Assembly: GCF_963921235.1 (NCBI RefSeq)
Contig: NC_086108.1
Location: 85,810,001 to 85,874,000 of the forward strand
Source: Mobula hypostoma
Taxonomy: Eukaryota
Length of the DNA: 64,000 bases
Direction: 5' to 3'
Shown in pieces: positions 24,560 to 36,725 of the stretch; the first letter of the stretch is position 1; each line of letters starts with the position of its first letter. The notes below the pieces were generated by a model, which saw nothing but the letters and a program-made list of their open reading frames with translations, had not been told where the DNA came from and did not search any database. The position numbers and the translations under genes are program-made.

Positions 24560-25378
24560 TAACGCAAACACGAGGAAATCTGCAGATGCTGGAATTTCAA
24601 GCAACACACATAAAAGTTGCTGGTGAACGCAGCAGGCCAGGCAGCATCTCTAGGAAGAGGTACACTCGACGTTTCGGGCCGAGACCCTTCGTCAGGACTA
24701 ACAGAAGGAAGAGCTACTAAGAGATTTGAAAGTGGGAGAGGGAGGGGGAGATCCAAAATGATAGGAGAAGACAGGAGGGGGAGGGATGGAGCCAAGAGCT
24801 GGACAGATGATTGGCAAAAGGGATATGAGAGGATCATGGGACAGGAGGCCTGGGGAGAAAGAAAAGGGGGGGGGAACCAGAGGATGGGCAAGGGTATAGT
24901 GAGGGGGACAGAGGGAGAAAAAGGAGAGAGAGAAAAAGAATGTGTATATAAATAAATAACGGATGGGGTACGAGGGGGAGGTGGGGCATTAGCGGAAGTT
25001 TGAGAAGTCAATGTTCATGCCATCAGGTTGGAGGCTACCCAGATGGAATATAAGGTGTTGTTCCTCCAACCTGAATGTGGCTTCATCTTTACAGTAGAGG
25101 TGGCCGTGGATAGACATATCAGAATGGGAATGTGATGTGGAATTAAAATGTGTGAATGGGAATGGGACGTGGAATTAAAATGTGTCCCTTGTCCATTCGT
25201 GGACAATAAGCGGAACAGGGGCTACACATGCCCTTACATTTCCTCTCTCATTACCAATCAGGGCCCCAGACAGTCCTTCCAGGTGAGGCGACACTTCACC
25301 TGTGAGTCGGCTGGTGTGATATACTGCGTCCGGTGCTCCCGATGTGGCCTTCTATATATTGGTGAGACCCGACGCAAA
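24560..25378 (-). mobile_element. Neptune-type PLE 3' end (minus strand, 24560-~25182) joined to an inverted upstream piece (plus strand, ~25185-25378)
   Basis: Minus strand HFNSTSHSH...DEATFRLEEQHLIFHLGSLQPDGMNIDFSNFR; plus strand FTCESAGVIYCVRCSRCGLLYIGETRR. Confidence 0.92.
24664..24699 (-). ncRNA. Minimal type-I hammerhead ribozyme motif (one stem I mismatch)
   Basis: Minus strand agtc-CTGACGA-a-gggt(ctcg)gccc-GAAAC-GTC-gagt. Confidence 0.65.
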
Positions 25379-25399
25379 TAACATGAATGTGTTAATCTC

Positions 25400-25652
25400 T
25401 CACCTCAAACCAACCATCAGGCTCTTGATCAAAAGGGGATAACTACACTCATTTAAGGACTCTTTTATCTTGTTGTTCATTATTTATTGCTATTTATTTA
25501 TATCTTCATCCACAGTTTGTTCACAGTTCCTGATGTTTACAGTTACTGCTCTATAGATTTGCTAAGTATGCTTGCAGATAAAGAATCTCAAGGTTGAATG
25601 TGGTGATATGTATGTGCTCTGATAATAAATTTTATTTTGAACTTTGAACTTT
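25400..25652 (+). mobile_element. Rex1/Babar 3' UTR
   Basis: 'caaccatcaggctcttga...gctctgataataaattttattttgaactttgaacttt'; matches 60936-61240 on the opposite strand. Confidence 0.8.
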
Positions 25653-26304
25653 GGTCCAGCAAAAGAACCATCCACCTCGAGTCAGCAGGGTCTTTTTCCT
25701 AGATATTCATATTTGCTCCTGTTGGTGCCATTGAGATTTTGATTTCAACTGCTTTATCTGAGATTTGAATTTTGTTTGTGGTGAAGGCAAATATTGATGG
25801 ATTCAAGCGGATCAGATGCTTTCGCTTTGCTTTGTGTGAACTGGAGACAGAAGGAGGTCTTTTTCACCTCCCACTGTGGAAGATTAATCTTGCCTTGCCA
25901 TGAAATCCTCACCTCTATCTCACTTGTATGGAGGTGATTCCCCCTGCTGACAATGGGTAGACTTTGGGCAGTGCAAGTTTTGACAATAATCCATCATTTT
26001 CCCTCTATTCATTGTCGGAAGTGAGCTGGAGTCATATTGCAGTACCAAACCTTTGACCCATCTAATCAAAAAAAAGCCCTGCATGTACTCACCCTATATA
26101 ATTTTGTATGTCTCTATTAGATCTCCCATTATTCTACTCTGCTCCAAGGAATAAAGTCCTAACCTATTGAACTTTTCCCTATAACCCAGGCCCTTAAGTT
26201 CCGGCAACATCCTTGTAATTTTTTTTCACTGCTCTTTCAATCTTATTGATATCTTTCCTGTAGATATGGACAGATGTAAATGATATCCTCCATTGATCTC
26301 GTCT

Positions 26305-26690
26305 TAGTCATAGTCATACTTTATTGGTCCCGAGGGAAATTGGGTTTCGTTACAGTTGCACCAACCAAGAATAGAGTATAAATATAGCAAGATAAAACCA
26401 TAAATAATTAAATAATAATATGTAAGTTATGCCAGATGGAAATAAGTCCAGGACCAGCCTATTGGCTCAGGGTGTCTGACCCTCCAAGGGAGGAATTGTA
26501 AAGTTTGATGGCCTCAGGCAGGAATGACTTCCTATGACGCTCAGTGTTGCATCTCAGTGGAATGAGTCTCTGGCTGAATGTACTCCTGTGCCCAACCAGT
26601 ACATTATGTAGTGGATGGGAGACATTGTCCAAGATGGCATGCAACTTGGACAGCATCCTCTTTTCAGACACCACCGTCATAGAGTCCAGT
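26305..26690 (-). mobile_element. Rex1/Babar-like LINE 3' end (second family)
   Basis: ILDNVSHPLH...RCNTERHRKSFLPEAIKLYN; tail (gactat)n after 'aataaag'. Confidence 0.85.
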
Positions 26691-27314
26691 CTTGCCTATT
26701 AGTCAGTGGACACCTGGGTGAGAAATGAGTTGAAAGGAGTTACTTTGTCAAAAGTTCATCTCATTCCCTTGATAACCTTTGACACTTAGGTATGCAGGGT
26801 AGTTTTATAGCCCAGACTTGTATTTTGGTAGGTTATTGATGTAAGTAATAGCTGATGGTTTCAATTATCTTTAAAGCAGGATGAGGAAAGAGCTGAAGAA
26901 AGCAAGGAGGATTATTCACACTGAGAGGTTTTGCATTAATGTTCTGTACCAGGAATGAGTGGGTGACTGCAATTGCTGAGTAATAGATTCATTGGTCATG
27001 TTGCCCCATACAATGTGCTGAGGTATCTCAACACACTATCAACCCCCACATTCACATCATTATACTCTGAGGAAATCAGCTGATGATGCAAAAGCTTTCA
27101 GTGTGTAGGAAGCATGTAGAATTGTCAAAGTAACTTCATACTATCTGTTACGCAAAAAAGGCAAATTGTGCTATCACTTAACAGCTTCAGCGGCACAAAG
27201 TGAGTTTCAGCAGCAGCTGGACTCGGTTGGCTTCATTCCTAGCTCTGATTCACAGAATGGTCTTTTAAGTCTCCACTATAGGAGATTTTGCTACTTTGCC
27301 ATTGTTTTGGTCAT

Positions 27315-27505
27315 GGTTAGGGACCCCCACCAGCCAGGACACGCCCTCTTCTCATTGTTACTGCCAGGAAGGAGGTACAGAAGCTTGAAGGCACACACTC
27401 AGTGACTGAGGAACAGCTTCTTCCCCTTTGCCATACTGCTGCTGCAAATTTAACAAATTTCACAACGTATACTGATTATATTAATCCTGATTCTGATTCT
27501 GATGA
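27315..27505 (+). mobile_element. Rex1 3' fragment with (attctg)n tail
   Basis: DPHQPGHALFSLLLPGRRYRSLKAHTQ; 'cctgattctgattctga'. Confidence 0.85.
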
Positions 27506-27509
27506 TTCT

Positions 27510-28475
27510 GTCTGATGAAGGGTCTTAGCTCGAGACATTGGCTGTTTCCTCTTTTCCATAGGTGCTGCCTGGCCTGCTGAGCTCCTCCAGCATTTTGTGT
27601 TTGTTTCTCTGATGAGATATTAATCTGAGGCTTGGCTCAGGTGGATATGAAGGATCATGAGGCAGTTTTGAATAAAGGCCAATGCCACAGGCCAATTATG
27701 GATTTGCACTTATCATGCACTGACCAGGTGAAAAGTTCAAAAAGGCCCCAAAAAAAATCAAACACAAGAGATTCTGCAGCTGTTGGAAATCTTGAGAAAC
27801 AGACACCAAATGCTGGAGGAACTCAGCATGTCTTTTAACATCTACAGACAGAAATAAACAGTTGATGTTTTGGGTCTTCATTGTAAGGTCTCGGCCCAAA
27901 GTGTCGACTGTTTATCCCCCTCCATAGATTGTGACCGACTTGCTCAGTTTCTCCAGCATTGTGTGTGTGTGTGTGTGTCTGTGTGTGTGTGTGTCTATGT
28001 GTGTGTGTGTCTGTGTGTGTGTGTCTGTGTGTGTGTCTGTGTGTGTGTGTGTCTATGTGTGTGTGTGTCTGTGTGTTAACCAAGCCCATTTTATTGTAAC
28101 CCTACCTCCTTATTCTGCCTCCGGCCCGCTTCCCTTTCAGTCTTGATAAGGGGCCTCGGCCGAAAACGTCGATTCTTTATTCCTCTCCATAGGTGCTGCC
28201 TCACCTGCTGAGTTCTTCCAGCATTTTGTGTTCTTGCTCAAGACTTCCAGCATCTACAGAAACTCTTTCACAAAAAATGCTGGAGGAACTCAACAGGCCA
28301 GGCAGTGTCTATGGAAAAGAGTAAAGGGTCAACGTTTCATCAGTCCTGAAGAAGGGTCGCGACCTGAAATATCGACCCTTTACTCTTTTCCATAGGTGCT
28401 CACTGGCTTGCTGAGCTCCTCCAGCATTTTGCGTGTGTTGCTTTGGATTTTCATCTGCAGATTTCCTCGGGTTTG
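27510..28475. mobile_element. Cluster of PLE terminal-repeat fragments, including two fold-back pairs (27760-27960 and 28270-28475)
   Basis: Repeated 'aaatgctggaggaactcagc' / 'gctgagctcctccagcattttg' in opposite orientations; decayed hammerhead cores at ~27512, ~28140 and ~28342. Confidence 0.75.
27960..28076. repeat. Imperfect (TG)n microsatellite
   Basis: About 117 bp of tg repeats with tc/ta interruptions, apparently expanded from the 'gtgtgtgt' of the PLE repeat. Confidence 0.97.
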
Positions 28476-28555
28476 CAAGACTTCTTTAGCCTGCTTGATT
28501 TTATGAAGCAAAGGATAATATTCCAAGGAATCATTATTATTAGGGATTGTTCTTT

Positions 28556-28830
28556 ATTATTTATTTAGTATTTATTGAGACACAGTGTGGAACAGACACT
28601 TCGAGCCATGCTGCCCAACTACCCCTGATTTAACCCTAGCCTAATCACAGGACAATTTGCAACCACCAATTAAACAGTACACATCTTTGGATTGTGGAAG
28701 GAAATCAGAGCACCTGGAGGAAACTCACAAAGTCACAGGGAGAACGTACACATTCCTTACAGACAGCTTGGGAAATTGAACCCATGTCACCTGTTCTGTA
28801 AAGCATTGTGCTAAACATTATGCTACCGTG
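28556..28830 (-). mobile_element. tRNA-derived V-SINE/HE1-like SINE
   Basis: Minus strand 'cacggtagcataatgtttagc...gggttcaattt' (A/B boxes), V-domain 'tttcctccaggtgctctgatttccttccacaatccaaaga', and a (taaa)n tail. Confidence 0.85.
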
Positions 28831-29714
28831 AAATTATGGATTGCAAATATTAATTAAAAAGAGAACCAGTCTTCAGAAAATAACAATGTAACTTCAACTG
28901 ATAATTAAAAGCAATTAAAACCAATCATTGAGTATTGATTATTCTCATTCTGTATCATTGAAACTACTCAGAAGACAGTAGATGAACATTCATTGAAACC
29001 CTCAGGATGAGATCAAGATAGGTGTTAAGTGGCTGACCCTTGTATTACCATACTGTTAGAGGCATATCCACCTACTTCATAAACAGCTTAGGATAGTTTT
29101 GTCACTTAATTGACTGGCTACTTGTATAGTGAGGGAATCATCCCATAACTCTGTCACTAAAGATGTATATTTTAGATATCTGAAGTTTGTGTCCAGAGGC
29201 TCTTGAATTGCCACAGTATTTGAACACGCAAAGAGATTCTGTGAATTGGTATGTGCTATGCTTATAAAAATTACCTGTCAACCTACATTCAAAATGTTTA
29301 AGTAGGGAAAAAACAGTCATTGAAACTGAAGTTCATTCCTTATTGTTGCCTCTGCATTTGAAAAGTGTAAAATATTGTGTACAGAGAGGATAGATTCTCT
29401 CCCAGTGATCTACCATGTTTTTTTAATTGCCCAGCAGCAGCCTCCACGTGGCTCAGCAATACTTAATACCCAAACAAGTGATTCTGCAGGTGCCAAAACT
29501 CCAGGGTAACGCGTAGAAAATGCTGGAGGAAATCAACAGGTCAGGCAGCATCTATGGAGGGTGGAGGGAAATAAACAGTCAACATCTTGGGCTGAAACCC
29601 ATCACCGTGACTGGAAAGGAAGGAGGAAGAAGCCAGAATATCAATACTTATCCCTCCATCATCATCATCCCAAGAAAATGATTATCTGGTCCCTACTATG
29701 ATAAAGTTGATTAT

Positions 29715-29922
29715 GTTATTTATTTATTTAGAGATTAATTTCAGGATAATTTACAATGACCAATAACCAGTATGTTTTTGGACTGTGGTGCAAGGGAAGT
29801 GGAGCTCCTGGAGGAAACACACTTGGCCATGTGGAAAATTGAAAAGCTCCTTAGAGGTGGTGCCACAATTGAATTCTGAATGCCCTGGGCTGTAACAGCG
29901 TTGCGCTAACCGTCACGTCACA
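29715..29922 (-). mobile_element. V-SINE/HE1-like SINE, degenerate
   Basis: 'gacggttagcgcaacgctgttacagc' head and V-domain on the minus strand. Confidence 0.7.
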
Positions 29923-30559
29923 TGAGACCGGACTCATTACCGCACAGTTTATCTCATCATACCCTTGCACCTTGTCCACCTGCACTGCTCACACCTTCTC
30001 TGTAACACTTTATTCTGCATTTTGATATTATTTCCCTCTGGACAACCTCAATGCTCTGTGACAAGAAACGATCAGCTTGGATGGCATGCAAAACAAGTTT
30101 TTCATTGTACCTCACTATATGTGACACAATAAACCAATTCAATTCAATTAATCTTGCTGTGTGAACATTAAGTACTACATTTCCTGATGCTTAAACCCTT
30201 CACTAGTATTGCATTGGCTGGAAAATGCCCTGAGATTATGAAAAGCTTTAAATAAATGCAATACACATAAAATACTGGAGGAACTCAACGAGTCGGGCGG
30301 CATCTTTGGAAAGGAGTAAGCGAAGAGTTTCATCCATTCAGGGAATTTAAATACTTTGGAAGAAGCTTCACCTAGGAGTGTGAAAACATTTACTCAGTCA
30401 AATGCTATTCAAAAAGCTTGAGTGGTTATAACTAATGAGATCATACTGACCCCTTAATCTCTATAACTAGGCATTTCTATGGTGTGAAAATAATGCAACA
30501 AAACCTGGCCAAAACAAACAAGAGATTAATTTAAATGGCACAAATCAGTACAAAGAGGC

Positions 30560-31308
30560 ATGCTTTAGTAGCCATTATAGAAACTTGTATGCAGGGTGGA
30601 GATGACTGGGAATTGAGTATGCAAATTTATCTGGTAATATAGAAGGACATACAGGAGTAGTGTTCTTAATTAATGATGAGATCAGGGCAATAGTGAGAGA
30701 GGATGTGAGACCCAAGGAGCCAAATGTTTAAGTCCATCTGGGTAAGGGATTAGAAATATTAAAGGGACAAAGACCTTTGATTAGAGTTATCTACAGGACA
30801 CAGAATAATAATATAATGTAGCATGAGTATTTTGCCAAGAAATACTTGACACATATAAGAATGGAACAGCAGTTGTCACGGGGGCTTTAACCTGCACATC
30901 CATTGGGTGAATGAAGTTGGTTGAGGCATACTTAAGGAGGAACATAACTGTGATGGCTTTCTTGAACAGCATGTTAGTGAACCTACAAGGGAAAGCATTA
31001 TCTTAGAATCTGATCCTGTGCAAGAAGGCAGGTTAAATTAATAACTTTGTAATTGGGGATCCTCTTGGAAAAAGTGATCACAGTGTGATTGAATTTCTCA
31101 TACAAATGGAGGGTGCAACCATTCCATCTAAAACCAGTACATCATGCCTAAAACAAGGGATGAGGGAAGAACTGGCTAGTGTAAACTGGGAACTCAGTCT
31201 ATGAGTGAGGAATAATGGAAGACTGTCAAAGGGGTATTTCACGGTGCTCAACAAAAGTATATTCCAATTAAAAGCAATTATACTAAGAGTGGGGAAAACA
31301 AACCTTGG
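30560..31308 (+). mobile_element. Old CR1 APE-domain fragment
   Basis: VAIIET, 'ggggctttaac' (GDFN-like), PLGKSDHSVIEF. Confidence 0.75.
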
Positions 31309-32670
31309 ATGAATAAACTCTTCTTGGACTTTTAACTGGGTACTGGTAAAAAATTTTAACCAGTTTCAATGATAAACTCTGCCATCTTCATCAGGAGTAA
31401 TGCTTGGGCATGTTTAGTCTGGTGGTATTTATATCCCCGTCATCCATCCCTCCTGATTAGTTAGTCCTCATCCAATCAGATTTTCAGTGTCCCACCTTGT
31501 TTACAATCGAATTCCAGTTCTTACTTAGAGTGAGTTCTTCGTCTTTATTAAAACACTTTTTCTCTAGTTTTATTTAAATGGATTCCTTCACCAGGCAATC
31601 CCAAAAACCATTGGTGTAGCCCAGTAGTTTTGTGCCATTGAGGTCAATCCTATGGCCATTGCAGACACAATATTCTGCTACTGCTGATTTCTCCGGGCAT
31701 CCCAAACAGATACACCTCCAGTGCTCTTCGATACGGACTTCCTCCGTGTGTCCTGTCTGACCAATAAACATTGGTGTGCAGTCACAGGGAATCCTGTAAA
31801 TGCTAGCCGCCATCCTGAGTCTCAGGTTGTCTTTGACCCACATAAGCTGTGACTTGAACTTCGTTACAGGTCTGTGGATCGTATTAATCTGGTATTTTTT
31901 TTAAGGATCCTGGCAATCCTTCCAAAAACCACGGAAATATAGAGGAGACAGGTGGTAGCGACGGGTTCCTCCTCATTGCTAGGTTTCCTGGTTTTTCTGT
32001 CAGCCCTTTTAAGGGCCTAATTGATTATAATTATCTTGACGCCATTCTGTAGGAACATTGTGCTTAATTGCCTTATTTCTTCGTGGAGACTGTCTGGGTC
32101 TGAAATAGCTTTCGCACAGTTAATCAAAGTAGAAAGAACTGCTCTAAGTTGGGAAGCGTGATGGTAGCTGTTATTGTTGAGCTACAGTCTGTGTGAGTGG
32201 GTCTCCAAAAGATGCCATGTCTGAGGCTACCATAGAGTTTCTGCTGTATTAAAATGTTCGGCAATGGAAAGCAACCAATGATCTCCGTCTCCATCGTAAA
32301 TTGAACGTTTAAGTGTATGCTGTTCTGGTTGTCGTGGAATTGTTGGAATGCCTGGAGTCCATGAAGTCACACTATGGAGGTGTCATTGACATATTTGAAG
32401 AGACAATTGGGGTGCGAGGGGGATGAACTCAGAGCCCTCTCATCAAAGCCCTCCACGTAGAAGTTAGCAATCGCCGATGGCAAGGACGAACCCGTGGCCA
32501 TCCCGTCCGTTTGTTCATAGTAGCTCCCCTTTTAGAGGAAGTACGTTGACGGAAAGGTATATTCAAAAAGATCACTGGTAACCTTATCAAACATTAACCG
32601 CAGGAGGACCGAGTCGTCCGTAATGGAAACCTTTGTTGAAACTGACCATTATGTCCTCCTTGGGTAACCA
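31309..32670 (-). mobile_element. Penelope/Poseidon-type PLE (RT C-half + GIY-YIG + terminal repeat), decayed
   Basis: Minus strand YYEQTDGMATGSSLPSAIANFYVE, FKYVNDT (cf. RYVDD), IYRIPCDCTPMFIGQTG...EEHWRC...KSAVAE...FWDCLVKESI. Confidence 0.92.
31357..31398 (-). ncRNA. Degenerate hammerhead motif in the Poseidon-type terminal repeat
   Basis: Minus strand CTGATGA-a-gatggca(gagtt)tatcatt-GAAAC-tggtta; cleavage triplet and stem I are unclear. Confidence 0.5.
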
Positions 32671-32789
32671 TGGAAATGGAAGGTGGCATCAAACTGAGAG
32701 TTCATGCATAAAAACGTTGGCAAGTGTAGTGGGAAACTAGAGGATTGGTAAAACTTTATGTTTTATTTAACAGTTTTTTCTCCCAAGCC

Positions 32790-33091
32790 ACCAGACTCCT
32801 CAATACCCAGAGCCTGGACTGACACCAACCTACTGCCCTCTACTGTGCCTATTGTCTTGTTTATTATTTATTGTAATGCCTGCACTGTTTTGTGCACTTT
32901 ATGCAGTCCTGGGTAGGTCTGTAATCTAGTGTAGTTTTTGTGTTGTTTTACGTAGTTCTGTGTAGTTTTTGTATTGTTCATGTAGCACCATGGTCCTGAA
33001 AAACATTGTCTCATTTTTACTGTGTACTGTACCAGTGGTTATGGCCAAAATGACAATAAAAAGTGACTTGACTTGACTTGACTTGACTTGA
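32790..33091 (+). mobile_element. Rex1/Babar 3' end with (gactt)n tail
   Basis: NSFFSQATRLLN; 'tgacaataaaaagtgacttgacttgacttgacttgacttg'. Confidence 0.85.
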
Positions 33092-33172
33092 AAAATCAAC
33101 AAAGAATCATTGAGCAAACAATAGTGAAAGGGAAGACAGATTACGAAAGTAAACTCGAACTAGCAAGTAATA

Positions 33173-33762
33173 CCATAAGACCATAAGATATAGGAGCAGA
33201 AGTAGGCCATTCAGCCTATCCAGTCTGCTCCGCCATTCAGTCATGGGCTGATCCAATTCTTCTAGTCATCCCCAGCCCCTTGCCTTCTCCTCATACCCCT
33301 TAATGTCCTGGCTAATCAAGAACCTATCTATCTCTGCCTTAAATGCACCCAATGACCTGGCCTCCACAGCTGCTCGTGGCAACAAATTCCACAGATTTAC
33401 CACCTTCTGACTAAAGTAATTTCTCCGCATTTCTGTTCTAAATGGACGTCCTTCAATCCTGAAGTCATGCCCTCTTGTCCTAGACTCCCCTACCATGGGA
33501 AATAACTTTGCCATAACTAATCTGTTCAGGCCTTTTAACGTTTGGAATGTTTCTATGTAATCCCCCTTCATTCTCCTGAAATCCAGGGAATACAGCCCAA
33601 GAGCTGCCAGACGTTCCTCATACCCTTTCATTCCTGGAATCATTCTCATGAATCTTCTCTGGACCCTCTCCAATGTCAGTATACCCTTTCTAAAATAAGG
33701 AGCCCAAAACTGCACACAATACTCTAAGTGGGGTCTCACGAGTGCCTTATAGAGCCTCAAAA
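33173..33762 (-). mobile_element. CR1 3' fragment
   Basis: ORF 33266-33766 LRLYKALVRPHLEYCVQFWAPY...QKVVNLWNLLP; tail (ccataaga)n on the plus strand. Confidence 0.93.
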
Positions 33763-35205
33763 TCAAATAGTAGAGTGGTTATGAGGGAAGTAGATGTTAA
33801 ACCTACATACTAAGACAGGAATTAAAAGGTTGAACACGGTGGGAATAATGCTCTGAATTACATCTATTTCAATGCAAGGAGTATTGTTGGTATGACTATG
33901 AAGTTGGAGAATGGATCAGCATGTGGAATTATGATATTGCAGCCATTAGTGAGACTTGGATTACTGGACAGGCAGATGTGGCAGTTCAGTGTTCTGGAGA
34001 TCCATTGTTTATGCATGATAGAGAGAAAGGTATTAAAGGGGGAGGAATGGCATCACTCATTAGGGAATGGCACAACAGTGCTCAGACTGGACATTCAAGA
34101 GGTCTTGTCTACTGAGGATATATGGGTAGAACTGAGGAATAAGAAAGAGGTGACCACATTAATGGGATTATATTATAGACTGCCCAATAGTCAGAAGGAT
34201 TTAGAGGAGCAAATTTGTACAGAGATTGAGAACTGTTGGAAATAACAGAAGGTTTTGATAGTAGGTAATTTTTACTTTCCTCATATTGACTGGATCCATA
34301 CTGTAAAAGGACTGGATAGGAGAAGGTTTGTCAAATGTGGTTAGGAAAGGTTCCTTAATCAGTATATACAGATCCCAGCTATATCAGATCTCCTGTTAGG
34401 GAACCAGACAGGGCAGGTGACAGAAGTGTGAGTAGGGGAACACTTTGGATCTAATGTACATAATGCCATTTGTTTCAAGGTAGTTATGGAGAAGGGTAGG
34501 ACTGATCCACAGGTTGACATTCCAAATTGAAGAAAGGCCAATTTTGATGGCATCAGAAAAGATCTGCCAGGTGTGGATTAGGATAGTGTTTTTTTTTCCC
34601 CCTGGTAAGTGTGAGGCCTTCAAAAGTGAAATATTGAAAGTATAGAGTTTGTATTTTCCTGTTGGAATAAAAGACAAGAGTAACAGGTTTAGGGAACCTT
34701 GGGTTTTGAGAGATATTGACACCCTGGATAGGAAGGAAGTGCATGACAGGTATAGGTAGCAAAGAAAATGCTTGAAGCTTTCATTAAGAAAGAACGAGTG
34801 AGACACCTGGATAGAAGTGGTTCCATGAGGCAGATCCAGCACAGATTCATGAAGGGTTGATTCTGTCTGACTGGAGTTCTTTGAGGATAGAGGGGAACAG
34901 GGGAATGTTGAATACTTGAATTTTTAGAAGACATTCCATAAGATGCTGCATAAAAGACAAATTCATAAGGATGCATGGAGTTGAAGGTAATGACTTAGAG
35001 TGGATAGAAGATTGGTTAACCAATAGAAGGTAGAGAGTTGAAAGAAGTTGGTGTTTCTCTGTTTGTCAGTGTTGAGCAGAGTACTTCAGTGGTCAGTGCT
35101 GGGCTTGCAACTGTTCACAATGTACATTAAGGTCTTGTAAGAAGGGGCCAAGTGTAGTATATCTAAATTTACTGATGACTCTAAATCGAGTGGAATAGCA
35201 AATTA

Positions 35206-35445
35206 TTTATTTAGAGATATAGCACAGTAACAGGCATTCTGCCCTAATGAGGCAGCACCACCTTATTACACAAATGTGACCAATCAATCTACAAACCCAT
35301 ATGTATTGGAATGTGAAAGAAAAATCGTAGCACCTCCAAGATACCCGTGCTGTTACAAGGAGAACGTACAAATTACTTACAGACAGCAGCAGAATTGATC
35401 CTGGGTACCTGGCTGTAACAGTGAATAGTGTTATGATAATCACTG
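35206..35445 (-). mobile_element. V-SINE/HE1-like SINE
   Basis: 'gagaacgtacaaattacttacagacagc...gaattgatcctggg' and tail 'ttatttatttagagatatagcac'. Confidence 0.75.
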
Positions 35446-35485
35446 TTGCCAAAGGATGCTAAAAGTCTGCAGAGTATTACAAGTG

Positions 35486-36021
35486 TATTCCTACACAGAA
35501 GTCTTAGGATCCCTAGCTACATATATGCACCTCAGAATTTTACACAGTACTGTAGTTATTTTATGTATCACATTGTACCACTGCTGCAAAAAAACAAATT
35601 TCATGAATGATGATAAACCTGATTCTGATATGGGTCTCTATTGTGGATGGAGAGTGGAAGGGGATTGGGAGAGACAAATGATGGTTGGGAAAAGGAGAAG
35701 GGTGAGGGGAGCGAGCAGGAAGCACCAGAGGGACATTCTGTAATGATCAATAAGCCAATTGTTTGGAATCAAATGACCTTGCTTGGTATCTCAGGACTGG
35801 GAGCGTCTGCAGAGGAACCACTTCTCATTCCTGGCACTCCTTCTCTGCCACCTGTCCCACACTGCTCCTGTGGCACAACTCCCTTGTCATTCCTAACATC
35901 CTTTTCTTCCACCAGTTTTACAAATTCTCACTGCGCTCCATGTCGATGAATACGGTATTGTGTAATAGTCTTAGGCACCCGATCTTGATATATGTGCAAA
36001 AGACTTTTGCACAGTACTGTA
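35486..36021. mobile_element. Composite element: two ~70-bp Tc1-type hairpin MITEs flanking ~400 bp of cargo
   Basis: 35486-35554 '..gaagtcttaggatcc..atatatgcacctcagaattttacacagtactgta' and 35951-36021 'tacggtattgtgtaatagtcttaggcacc..tatatgtgcaaaagacttttgcacagtactgta'. The CR1 host resumes after the final TA. Confidence 0.65.
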
Positions 36022-36444
36022 GGTTAAGTGAGAGGACAAGGGTTTATCAGGTGGAGTATAATGTTGCTAAATGTTAGGTCATCCACTTTAGAAGGAAAAA
36101 TACAAGTTATTTTTATTATTATATAGTACAAGATTTAGCATGCTGTTGTGCAGAGGGACTTGGGAGTGTTTGTGCATGAATCACACAAAAGGTTGGTTTG
36201 CAGATGCATCAGTCTATCAAGAAGGTAAATGGTATGTTAACCTTCATTGATGGAGGGCTTGAATTTAACAGCAAGGATGTTTTTTTCTGCAACTTAACAG
36301 GGTAGTGTTGACGCTGCACCTAGAGTACCGCGTGCATTTCTGTTCTCCTTTCTTGAGGAAAGGTATACACACAAAATGCTGGAGGAACTCAGCAAGTTAG
36401 GCAGCACCTATGGAGGGGAGGAAACAGTCAATTTTTTAAATGTT

Positions 36445-36725
36445 TACACAGCACAGTAGCATTGCAGCTTGAGTAATCATTTACAGCGTTAGCAATCGGT
36501 GTTCAATTCCTGCCAATGTTTGTAAGGAGTTCATACGTTCTCCCAGTTACCATGTGGGTTTCCACTCACATTCAAAAGATGTATGAGTTAGTAAGTTATG
36601 GGCATACTATGTTGGCACTGAAAGCATGAAGACACTTGGGTGTTGCTCCCAGAACATCCTCAATGCATTTCACTGTATGTTTTGATGTATATATGACAAA
36701 TAAAATGTATCTAATCTAATCTAAA
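36445..36725 (+). mobile_element. V-SINE/HE1-like SINE (alternative tail)
   Basis: 'gttcaattcc' B box, 'gtaaggagttcatacgttctccc...gtgggtttcc', tail 'tgacaaataaa..(ctaat)n'. Confidence 0.75.

Larger units (their letters stand above)
33770..36365 (+). mobile_element. Old CR1 ORF2 fragments (APE to RT) with nested SINE and composite MITE
   Basis: YFNARSI, WNYDIAAISETW, WVELRNKK, SKFTDD, 'ctgcacctagagtac'. May be more than one copy. Confidence 0.8.

Noticed and set aside
27835..28146. His/Thr- and Cys/Val-rich ORFs
   Set aside because: They are translations of the (TG)n microsatellite.
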